Positions 8,911-17,015 of a stretch of 38,459 nucleotides of DNA are shown here, in pieces. Below the pieces are notes generated by a model. It had not been told where the DNA came from, did not search any database, and was given only the letters and a program-made list of their open reading frames with translations. Both the position numbers and the translations under genes were made by a program. Position 1 is the stretch's first letter; each line of letters starts with the position of its first letter. The DNA lies in the NCBI GenBank assembly GCA_003164375.1, contig PLTE01000108.1:1-38459 (forward strand), read 5' to 3'. The stretch is from Hyphomicrobiales bacterium (lineage in GTDB: Bacteria > Pseudomonadota > Alphaproteobacteria > Rhizobiales > Xanthobacteraceae).

Positions 8911-10631
8911 GCCGGCGGCCTTTGACCGTCGAGAAGGATGCGGGCGAAGATCGTCGTGCCGGCGTTGATCGCGGATTCGATTTCAAGCGTGCCGCCGATC
9001 AGCGAGAGCCGCTCGCGCATGCCGTCGAGACCGAGGCCGCGATGCGCGCCCAGTTTTGCGCCTGCGGTGCCGACGTCGAAGCCGCAACCGTTGTCTTCGA
9101 TGATCACCTGCAGCGTCATGTCGGCGCGCCGGATAACGACGCTCACGCTGGACGGCCGCTGCGCGTGCTTGACGATATTCGTCAGCCCTTCCTGCACAAC
9201 CCGATAAACGGTCGTACCGATTTCGTCCGGCACCTCATCGAGACCAGTATCTTCACAATGAAAGTCGACGTCGGTGCCGCACCGCTCGCCCCAATCGGCG
9301 ATATAGCTCGCCAGTGCTTTCCGCAATCCCAGTTCGTCGATTGACGGCGGCCGCAGCTCCCATGCGATCCGATGCAGCGTCTTGCCCATCTCCTCCATGT
9401 TCTTGCGAACGAGGTGCAGACGGCCGCGCGCGGGCCCGGAAATCAGCGCATCGATCTCGTTAAGTTCCAGGACGGCGGCGATAAGGCTTTGTCCGGCCTG
9501 ATCGTGCAATTCATGCGACAGTCTCAAGCGCTCGTTTTCCTCCACCATCGATAAGTGGCGCCGCAAGCCGATCACCAAATGAGATTTTTTTTCAGTTTCC
9601 GTCAATAATCGCGCGTTGGCGCGCGACAGATCGCCCAGCAGGCGGTCGCGCTCGGCAAGCAAGCCCGCGGTCGGCAGTGCCCAGAACGAGGTAATGGTCA
9701 GAAACGCCTGCAAGCTCAAGATTTGCGACGACAGTTCGGGCAGCGGCAAAAACGGCTGGCCGATACCCAAAACGACGAAACTGGTGGCGACGAGTGCTGA
9801 GACAAGGGTGGTGGCAGTCGCGCCGATGAGGCCAAACCTCACCGTGGCAATCAATATTGCCGGACCGACGACGAAAGCGGTCGGTCTAAAATACACGGTG
9901 CCGACGCCGATGGCGAAGAACAATGCGAAGATCGCCGCGACCTCCGGCAGCCGCTCTCGCAGGCGCAGCATGCCCCATTGCCGCGACGTGACACTGACCA
10001 GGAACGGCACCACGATGATCATCGCGAGCGCGTGGCCGACGTACCAGTTGCGCCACATGGAAATCCAAGAAACTCCAGACGCCGGGCCAATGGCCGTGGC
10101 GCAAATGATCGTACTTGCGAATGGCGCGAGGCCGCCGGCAATGGCGACGAATATCAGTAAGTTTCGAAACGACGCGAGATTTAATGCGTTGATGCGACAG
10201 AGCCACAATAACGCAACGGCGGAGCCGATCTCGGCGGCGTTCGCGAGCGTCAGGATCCCCGACAGCGCCAGACTGTTGCCCTTGATCGTGCCAGCGAGAG
10301 TCATCGCGGCTAGGCCGCCCAAAAATATCGAGCCGTAATTGCCGAGGGTGCGAACGTGGCGCAGGAGGGCGGCGACGACAATGGCGTTCGATGCCCAAAG
10401 GCCGCCGAGGAACCGCGACGCATGCGCAAACTCGATGCTCAGGATCGAGGCCGCGAAAATTGCCGCTGGCAGCAGCAAATAATCGGCCAAAGTGAGATTT
10501 GACAACAGCTCGGGGGTGGCGAAGCCGTATCCGTGGAAAGCCTGCTCCCCCGAGGTCTGCAAGCGCGGCTTTGGCGCTGCGGCCGACGAACGGCCGCGCG
10601 TGAAGCTAGCGAACATATTAAAAAGCGGCAT
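8907..10631 (-). CDS. membrane sensor histidine kinase, HisKA_3 / NarX-DesK class
   Basis: The N-terminal ~330 aa are multi-pass hydrophobic (MASE1-like). The H-box is HELHDQAGQSL. HATPase motifs are TNIVKHA, EDNGCGF and GLGLDGMRERL. Confidence 0.85.
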   Translation of the reverse strand: MPLFNMFASFTRGRSSAAAPKPRLQTSGEQAFHGYGFATPELLSNLTLADYLLLPAAIFAASILSIEFAHASRFLGGLWASNAIVVAALLRHVRTLGNYGSIFLGGLAAMTLAGTIKGNSLALSGILTLANAAEIGSAVALLWLCRINALNLASFRNLLIFVAIAGGLAPFASTIICATAIGPASGVSWISMWRNWYVGHALAMIIVVPFLVSVTSRQWGMLRLRERLPEVAAIFALFFAIGVGTVYFRPTAFVVGPAILIATVRFGLIGATATTLVSALVATSFVVLGIGQPFLPLPELSSQILSLQAFLTITSFWALPTAGLLAERDRLLGDLSRANARLLTETEKKSHLVIGLRRHLSMVEENERLRLSHELHDQAGQSLIAAVLELNEIDALISGPARGRLHLVRKNMEEMGKTLHRIAWELRPPSIDELGLRKALASYIADWGERCGTDVDFHCEDTGLDEVPDEIGTTVYRVVQEGLTNIVKHAQRPSSVSVVIRRADMTLQVIIEDNGCGFDVGTAGAKLGAHRGLGLDGMRERLSLIGGTLEIESAINAGTTIFARILLDGQRPPA

Positions 10632-10643
10632 TCCGCTTCAGCC

Positions 10644-11168
10644 TTATTCAGTCGCGGCGGCGATCTCGCGCGGACTGACGAATCGCTCCAGCCGGCCGGA
10701 TTGTGCGCGCAATAGCGCCCAATCGTCCAATGGCAGGTCGATGACAACAAGGCCCGAGGTTGGCAAGTTTTCAGCGATCCGCTCGCGCGCGGCGACGTCG
10801 CCGGATGCGATCAATTGGACTGCGAGATCGTGCAAGCTTGGATTATGTCCGACGATCAGAAGAGCGGGCGTCTTGCGCGTCTCGCCGATGACGCTGATCA
10901 GTGTTGTGGTGTCGGCATTGTAAATGCGCGCTTCGGTCACCATCCGTGGCGTTTTGGCCCACGCGGCGGCTACCAGCGCCCAGGTTTCTTGCGCTCGCGT
11001 CGCCGGCGAAACGATGGCGAGGTCGGGAACAAGGCCGTGACGTGTCATATAAGCGCCAATCACCGGTGCGTCGGCGCGGCCGCGTTTTAGCAGCTTGCGA
11101 TCGCGGTCGCGGTCGCCGGGGTTGGCGCGCTCGGTCTTCGCATGGCGCAGCAGCATCAGACGACGCAT
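10644..11168 (-). CDS. histidine phosphatase family protein (SixA-like)
   Basis: Trimmed to the ATG at 11168 (MRRLMLLRHAKTE...), giving the RHA catalytic motif at the N-terminus. A later LIVGHNPSL motif is present. The track ORF starts at an upstream TTG (11240). Confidence 0.75.
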   Translation of the reverse strand: MRRLMLLRHAKTERANPGDRDRDRKLLKRGRADAPVIGAYMTRHGLVPDLAIVSPATRAQETWALVAAAWAKTPRMVTEARIYNADTTTLISVIGETRKTPALLIVGHNPSLHDLAVQLIASGDVAARERIAENLPTSGLVVIDLPLDDWALLRAQSGRLERFVSPREIAAATE

Positions 11169-11271
11169 CGCGGTAATGTCGCTTTCCCGGCAAAATGAGT
11201 CTAGTCGGGCGGAGGTGAACCCCCTACATAGCAGCGACAAACGCGCCGGCCAAATTTCCGGATAAAGTCAT

Positions 11272-12816
11272 ATGAGTGACGTCGATATAAAGGCCTACGG
11301 TGATAGTTGGTACGCCGCGACAATGGTGGATGTACCACCGCGCCCACCCTTGTCGGCCGACCTCGACGTCGATGTTTGCGTGGTCGGCGGCGGCCTCGCC
11401 GGGCTTACCGCGGCACGGGAAATAGCGCGCAGCGGTTGGTCCGTCGTCCTCTTGGAGGCGAGCCGCCTTGCCGCGGGGGCCTCCGGCCGCAATACCGGCT
11501 TCGTGTTGCCGGGCTTCGGCGCGGATGCCGACACTCTGATCGCGCGGGTCGGATTCGAGCGCGCTAAGGATCTGTGGACGCTATCGCAGGCCGGTCTCGA
11601 CTATGTCCGCGACGCCGTCCGCGGCGACGGTGCTGCCGGCGTCGATTCGCAAGACGGCTGGCTTTATGTGTCTAAAGTCGACAACAGCGACGCGTTTTTG
11701 AACTATGTCGCGCTGCTCGGCGAATTGGGCTGCGAGATCGAAGGCTGGCCGACCGAGCGCGTACGCTCGGTGCTGCGCAGCGAGCGTTACTTTTACGGCA
11801 TCAATTATCTGCGCGCTTTCACCATCCATCCGCTCAATTACGCGCTCGCGCTCGCCGCCGCCGCCGAGCGTGACGGCGCGCGTATTTTCGAAAGCACCCC
11901 GGCCCTGTCACTCGACCCGACAGGGGTGCGCAAACGCATCGTGACGCCGAATGCGCGCCTGCGCGCCGATCATGTCGTGCTGTGCGGCAACGTTGGCCTT
12001 GGCTCACTCATACCGCGGCTGGCGGCGACGTTGGTGCCGATGACGACCTATGTGATCACCACGGCTCCGCTTGGCGAGCGTCTTGCCGAGGCGGTCGGCT
12101 ATCGCGGTGCGGTGAGTGACAGCGATCGCGCCGACAATCACTACCGCATCGTGGGCGGCGACCGCTTGATGCTGTCGGGCCGGGCGACGGCCTGGCGGAG
12201 TGATCCGCGCCGCTACGTCGGTGCGCTGACCCGCGATATCAAGAAGATCTATCCGCAGCTCGGCGCTGTCGCCGTCGACCATGCCTGGGCCGGCACGCTT
12301 GGCCTCACCATGCACCGGATGCCGCAGATCGGCGAACTTGGTCCCGGCGTGTGGCTGGCGAGCGGCTTTGGCGGACATGGGCTTAACACCACCGCCATGG
12401 CCGGCAATATCATTGCCCGCGCGATCGTCGGGGGCGATCAAACCTGGCGGCAATTCACGCCATTCGAACTGGTGTGGGCGGGCGGCGCTTTCGGCCGCGC
12501 CGCGGCGCAGATGCGCGTTTGGACCAAGCGACTGCGCTCAGCGATCGCAGTGCGTCGCGCCAAGGCCCGCGAACGGGCGCACCGCAAGGCGCAAAACGCC
12601 GAGCCGGCAATCCAACCGGTTCATCCGGCGGTAGAACCGGCGGCGGTTGTGCCGGCATCCCAAGAACCGAGCCCGACACCCGGCTCCATTATTACGCCAG
12701 CCACCGACGCGACTGCGGCCGCGAGCCCGGACCATGCAACGCCACCGAAGCCACCGCCGCGCGATCCCGCCGCGCCATTAACGGACGAGAAACGCAGGGA
12801 GCGAACCAAGGCGTAG
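11272..12816 (+). CDS. FAD-dependent oxidoreductase (DAO family) with a Pro/Ala-rich C-terminal tail
   Basis: Rossmann dinucleotide motif DVCVVGGGLAGLTAAREIARSGWSVVLLEA, with DAO-like length and motifs up to about aa 410. A basic then Pro-rich tail of ~100 aa follows. Confidence 0.8.
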   Translation: MSDVDIKAYGDSWYAATMVDVPPRPPLSADLDVDVCVVGGGLAGLTAAREIARSGWSVVLLEASRLAAGASGRNTGFVLPGFGADADTLIARVGFERAKDLWTLSQAGLDYVRDAVRGDGAAGVDSQDGWLYVSKVDNSDAFLNYVALLGELGCEIEGWPTERVRSVLRSERYFYGINYLRAFTIHPLNYALALAAAAERDGARIFESTPALSLDPTGVRKRIVTPNARLRADHVVLCGNVGLGSLIPRLAATLVPMTTYVITTAPLGERLAEAVGYRGAVSDSDRADNHYRIVGGDRLMLSGRATAWRSDPRRYVGALTRDIKKIYPQLGAVAVDHAWAGTLGLTMHRMPQIGELGPGVWLASGFGGHGLNTTAMAGNIIARAIVGGDQTWRQFTPFELVWAGGAFGRAAAQMRVWTKRLRSAIAVRRAKARERAHRKAQNAEPAIQPVHPAVEPAAVVPASQEPSPTPGSIITPATDATAAASPDHATPPKPPPRDPAAPLTDEKRRERTKA

Positions 12817-12940
12817 GGGCGAGCGCAGCGAACAGATCGGCAACGACTAACCGCCAAATTTACCATGTGCGCCACCGGCTTCGCTCCCGCATCGTTCTTG
12901 CGCTATGGTGGGGTTGGAATTCTGGGTGGGGTGGATGGCC

Positions 12941-13819
12941 ATGATGTCGCCGGCTTGGCGGGTTGTGCTTGTGTTGTGCGTAATGGGTGCGCCGCGCTTT
13001 GCCGTGGCCGCCGACCTACCGGTGTCGTCTGCGCCGCAGCCCACCGCGCCGGCAGCCTACGCGCCGGCCGCGCCGGACTGGATCGTCACCGTGGGGATCG
13101 AGGGCCGCGTCGTTCCGGCTTGGCCCGGCGCCCCCGACAGCAAATTAACCTGGAGCGGGCTGCCGCTCTTTAGCATCCGCAACGAAGGAATGCCGCCGGA
13201 TTACTTCGGCCCGCGCGACAGTTTCGGAATTCGCCTCATCAATCTCCCTCAGTTCAAGTTCGGCCCGGTGGCCAAGATCATTTGGGAGCGCAAGGCGGCA
13301 GACTACACGCAGCTCTACGGTCTGGGCGACGTCAATTACGCCGTTCAACTTGGTGCCTTCGCCGAATTCTGGGCGGTGCCGTGGCTGCGACTGCGCGGCG
13401 AAGTGCGCCAAGGGATTGGCGGCGAGACCGGCGTTACCGGCGACGTATTCCTCGATGCGGTGGTACCGGCGGGGCAATTCAGATTATCCGCCGGCCCGCG
13501 GGTGACATTGCAATCGGCGGCGGCAGTCTCGCCTTATTTTAGCATCACCCAGGCGCAAGCGATCACTGCCAATACATTACAGCCTGGTCTGCCGGCGTTG
13601 ACGGCGTATAGCGCCAATGGCGGTCTCTACTCATACGGCGCCGGTGGCGAGGTCGAGTATTTCTTTAATCCGCAATGGACGGCCCACGTCTTCACCGAAT
13701 ACGACAGACTGACCGGTTCCGTGGCCGATTCTCCCCTGGTGACCCAGCGCGGTTCGCCGAACCAATTCACGTTCGGTTTGGGCGCCACTTATTCCTTCAC
13801 CATGCACCCGTTGTGGTGA
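12941..13819 (+). CDS. MipA/OmpV family outer-membrane protein
   Basis: Signal peptide MMSPAWRVVLVLCVMGAPRFAVA. Alternating beta-strand pattern with a C-terminal FTFGLGATYSF-type terminal strand. The start could also be 12905 or 12935. Confidence 0.75.
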   Translation: MMSPAWRVVLVLCVMGAPRFAVAADLPVSSAPQPTAPAAYAPAAPDWIVTVGIEGRVVPAWPGAPDSKLTWSGLPLFSIRNEGMPPDYFGPRDSFGIRLINLPQFKFGPVAKIIWERKAADYTQLYGLGDVNYAVQLGAFAEFWAVPWLRLRGEVRQGIGGETGVTGDVFLDAVVPAGQFRLSAGPRVTLQSAAAVSPYFSITQAQAITANTLQPGLPALTAYSANGGLYSYGAGGEVEYFFNPQWTAHVFTEYDRLTGSVADSPLVTQRGSPNQFTFGLGATYSFTMHPLW

Positions 13820-13849
13820 TCCGTCGGCTGCTCGCAGTGACGAGTATTG

Positions 13850-14695
13850 TTAGCGTCCTTCGCGCCGCGCCATAAACGCCAGCCGCTCGAACAGGTGCAC
13901 GTCCTGCTCGTTCTTGATGAGCGCGCCGTGCAGCGGCGGGATCAGCCGTTTCGGATCGCGCTCGCGGAGCGTCTCGACGGAAATATCCTCGACCATCAGA
14001 AGTTTCAGCCAGTCCAGCAATTCGGACGTCGAAGGCTTCTTTTTCATGCCGGGTACGTCGCGGATCTCGTAGAATAATTTCAGCGCTTCCGCGACCAGGC
14101 GATGCTTGATGTCGGGGAAATGCACCTCGATGATCGCCCGCATGGTGTCGGAATCGGGAAACCGGATGTAGTGGAAAAAGCAACGGCGCAGAAACGCGTC
14201 CGGCAATTCCTTCTCATTGTTGGATGTAATGACGACGATCGGGCGGCGGCGGGCATGGATTGTTTCGCCGGTCTCGTAAACGAAGAATTCCATGCGATCG
14301 AGTTCTTGGAGCAGATCGTTGGGGAATTCGATGTCGGCTTTGTCGATTTCGTCGATCAATAGCACCGGGCGCTGCTCGGCGACGAACGCCTCCCACAGCT
14401 TGCCGCGTTTGATGTAATTGCGGATGTCGTTGACGCGTGCGTCGCCCAACTGGCTGTCACGCAGCCGGGTGACCGCATCGTATTCGTAAAGCCCCTGCTG
14501 CGCCTTGGTGGTCGATTTGACGTGCCATTCGATCAGCGGCGCCGACAGCGCCTTGGCGATCTCGATCGCCAGTACGGTCTTGCCGGTGCCGGGCTCGCCC
14601 TTGACGAGAAGCGGGCGCTCCAGCGCGATCGCGGCATTGACCGCGACCTTGAGATCGTCGGTGGCGACATAGGCGCTGGTGCCTTCAAAGCGCAT
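13850..14695 (-). CDS. MoxR-like AAA+ ATPase
   Basis: Trimmed to the ATG at 14695 (MRFEGTSAYVATDDL...), with a GAGG 6 nt upstream. Walker A is GEPGTGKT and Walker B is VLLIDEIDK. The upstream 53 codons of the track ORF are not conserved-looking. Confidence 0.85.
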   Translation of the reverse strand: MRFEGTSAYVATDDLKVAVNAAIALERPLLVKGEPGTGKTVLAIEIAKALSAPLIEWHVKSTTKAQQGLYEYDAVTRLRDSQLGDARVNDIRNYIKRGKLWEAFVAEQRPVLLIDEIDKADIEFPNDLLQELDRMEFFVYETGETIHARRRPIVVITSNNEKELPDAFLRRCFFHYIRFPDSDTMRAIIEVHFPDIKHRLVAEALKLFYEIRDVPGMKKKPSTSELLDWLKLLMVEDISVETLRERDPKRLIPPLHGALIKNEQDVHLFERLAFMARREGR

Positions 14696-14809
14696 GAGAA
14701 ACCTCAAGTGGCCTTGGGATGAAATTAAAACACGTCGAACTTGGCGCTCACAAGGCGCCGGCGTCGATATCTGGCGCCGTTCCCTTAGGGCAGAAATGGT
14801 TTGGTGGCT

Positions 14810-14824
14810 CGGCAATTCTTGCCG
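14810..14824. promoter_or_regulatory. perfect dyad CGGCAA-TTC-TTGCCG, candidate enhancer for a sigma54 activator (FlbD/ftr-like)
   Basis: 6-3-6 palindrome centred about 82 nt upstream of the -24 GG of the flgE sigma54 promoter. The 16-mer GGCAATTCTTGCCGGC (14811-14826) recurs identically at 32287-32302. Confidence 0.55.
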
Positions 14825-14897
14825 GCAGGTCGGCATAACCGTACCGGAGGACACCGCACTCCAATCTTAAGCCTCTGATCTGACATGGCTAATCTCA

Positions 14898-14913
14898 TGG
14901 CACGCGGCTTGCT
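14898..14913 (+). promoter_or_regulatory. sigma54 (-24/-12) promoter for flgE-flgK-flgL
   Basis: TGGCACgcggcTTGCt is an exact match to TGGCAC-N5-TTGCW. It lies about 82 nt upstream of the flgE ATG. Confidence 0.75.
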
Positions 14914-14994
14914 GCATCCGGCGCTGAGTGCGGCTGCCGGTCCATGTGTTGGACTCCCGCCGCTGTCGCGTTGAGCAAGAGTTGGAGACAAGTC

Positions 14995-16965
14995 ATGGGT
15001 ATCTTCGATGCATTGACCACCGCGGTGGCTGGTCTGCAGGCACAATCGTTCGCGCTTCAGAATATTTCCGGCAACATCGCAAACTCACAAACGACGGGCT
15101 ACAAGGAAACCGACACTAGTTTTGCGGATTTGGTTTCGGCTGCTTCGCAAAACCAGCAGACCACGGACGGCGTTATCGCCAATTCGGTCGCGACCAACGG
15201 CGTGCAAGGTTCGATCCAGAGCACATCGGTCTCCACCGACATGGCGATCAATGGCGCGGGCTATTTCGTGGTGGCCCAGCCGACCGGAAATAGCGGCACC
15301 ACCCCGACCTTCAACGGCGTCAGCGACTACACGCGGGCCGGCAATTTTGCGATGAATAACGAGGGCTATTTGGTCAACGGCTCCGGCTATTATCTCATGG
15401 GCATCCCGGTCGATCCGACCACCGGAAATCCGACCGGCAGTTCTCCACAGGTTCTGCAGTTCAACAATGAATTTGTGCCGGCGCAGGCGACGACGGCCAT
15501 CCAATATCAGGCAAACCTGCCAAGCACGCCGAGCTCGGGCGTGCTCAATGCAAGCGATTTCGAAGCCAACCCGCTCGCCGGAGCTCCAGTGGCGGCAACA
15601 ATCACCGGAACCGGCGGCAAGCTCAATCCGGATGCGCTGGCGACCGGCACTGGCACGCAGGGCGGGCTTTCGGCTACCACCACTCTTGCGTCACTGGGAA
15701 TCACGAGCGGACAGACCGTCACGATCGACGACGGAACGAACACGACGACGTTCACGGCAACTGGGACGAGCACGGTCGGCAACCTGCTCACTGCCATCAA
15801 TAGCGGCACTGCGGCGGTCGGGGCCACCATCAACAGCGCCGGGGATATGGTCCTCACCGGCCAAAGCTACACATCGTCGATTACGGTCGGCGGTACCGCG
15901 GCTTCCAATATCGGCTTCGGTGCCGGCCAGAATTCGTTCTCGCCGACCAATCTGCTGACGCAAAGCGCCGTATCGCAAGGGCAAACGCTCACCGTCCAGG
16001 TCGGCACCGGCGCGGCGCAGACCATCACGTTCGGTACCGGAGTCGGTCAGGTCGCGACGCTTGGGGAATTGCAGACTGCGATCCAGGGCTTGTCCGGCGT
16101 AAACGGCAGCGTGAATACAGCCAACGGCGATGTCACGCTGACGGCGGGCAACCCGACCGTCTCCTTGACCGTCGGCGGCACCGCGTCGGCCGCGAAATTC
16201 GGCATTCAAACATTAACCGCTCTGCCGGCCGACGGCACGGTCGTCGCCAATGACGTATCCACGTTCACCGCTCAGTCGATCGATGGCGGTTCGATCACGG
16301 CTTATGATACCGAGGGCAATTCGGTCAACGTCCAGTTCCGCTGGGCGCAGACGGGCACCGGCGCTTGGCAGCTGTTCTATCAAAGCAATTCGGCGGCAAC
16401 GGGCACGCAAGCCGCCTGGCAGAACGTCGGCACAAACTTCACGTTCAATTCGAGCGGCGAGTTGACGCCGCCGATCTCGAACGTGACACTGCAAAACTTG
16501 ACCGTGAACGGCGACTCGCTCGGCGGTGTTCAGCTCAATTTCGGCACTAACGGTCTCACCCAATTCGCCAATCCAAGCGGCACGTCGCAGGTGAGCCAAC
16601 TGCAGCAGAACGGTTACGCTGCCGGCCAGCTCCAATCGGTCGCGGTCAATAGTCAGAACCAAATCACCGGCACGTTCTCGAATGGCCAGACTATTGCGTT
16701 GGCGGATATCTCGCTGGCGACATTCAACGGCCAGGATTCGCTGCAGGCGCTCAACGGCGGCGCTTATGCCGCTACCGCCGATTCTGGATCGGCGATCCTT
16801 GGCGCGTCGGGTAAGATCGTCGGCAGCTCGCTGGAATCCTCAAATGTCGATATCTCCACCCAATTCAGCAATTTGATCATCGCGCAACAAGCCTATTCGG
16901 CCAATGCGCGTGTCATGACGACGTCCGATCAGATGATCCAAAGCCTGCTTCAGGTTATCCAGTGA
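14995..16965 (+). CDS. flgE: flagellar hook protein FlgE (large, 656 aa)
   Basis: ATG at 14995 preceded by GGAGA. The N-terminus is MGIFDALTTAVAGLQAQSFALQNISGNIANSQTTGYK. The C-terminus is LESSNVDISTQFSNLIIAQQAYSANARVMTTSDQMIQSLL. The central part carries a two-module insertion. Confidence 0.9.
   Translation: MGIFDALTTAVAGLQAQSFALQNISGNIANSQTTGYKETDTSFADLVSAASQNQQTTDGVIANSVATNGVQGSIQSTSVSTDMAINGAGYFVVAQPTGNSGTTPTFNGVSDYTRAGNFAMNNEGYLVNGSGYYLMGIPVDPTTGNPTGSSPQVLQFNNEFVPAQATTAIQYQANLPSTPSSGVLNASDFEANPLAGAPVAATITGTGGKLNPDALATGTGTQGGLSATTTLASLGITSGQTVTIDDGTNTTTFTATGTSTVGNLLTAINSGTAAVGATINSAGDMVLTGQSYTSSITVGGTAASNIGFGAGQNSFSPTNLLTQSAVSQGQTLTVQVGTGAAQTITFGTGVGQVATLGELQTAIQGLSGVNGSVNTANGDVTLTAGNPTVSLTVGGTASAAKFGIQTLTALPADGTVVANDVSTFTAQSIDGGSITAYDTEGNSVNVQFRWAQTGTGAWQLFYQSNSAATGTQAAWQNVGTNFTFNSSGELTPPISNVTLQNLTVNGDSLGGVQLNFGTNGLTQFANPSGTSQVSQLQQNGYAAGQLQSVAVNSQNQITGTFSNGQTIALADISLATFNGQDSLQALNGGAYAATADSGSAILGASGKIVGSSLESSNVDISTQFSNLIIAQQAYSANARVMTTSDQMIQSLLQVIQ
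15676..16206 (+). repeat. two tandem protein-level copies of the Thr/Gly-rich ~80-aa module inside FlgE
   Basis: The first copy (ORF-track residues 245-326) is ...GQTVTIDDGTNTTTFTATGTSTVGNLLTAINSGTAAVGATINSAGDMVLTGQSYTSSITVGGTAASNIGFG. The second copy (residues 335-421) is ...GQTLTVQVGTGAAQTITFGTGVGQVATLGELQTAIQGLSGVNGSVNTANGDVTLTAGNPTVSLTVGGTASAAKFGI. Confidence 0.7.
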
Positions 16966-17015
16966 GCGCGGGCTCTCCGGGTCGCAAGCGGTAAGCCGCG
17001 TGGACCGTTAGAACA

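Noticed and set aside
13850-14854. Long N-terminal extensions in the ORF track (moxR to 14854, 7674..8291, 4196..4735, 10644..11240, 30215..30781, 32798..33466, 28244 start, 14944 start, 36198 start)
   Set aside because: In each case an internal start coincides with the conserved protein N-terminus and has a better SD or start/stop coupling. The extension is non-conserved-looking or overlaps the neighbouring gene.
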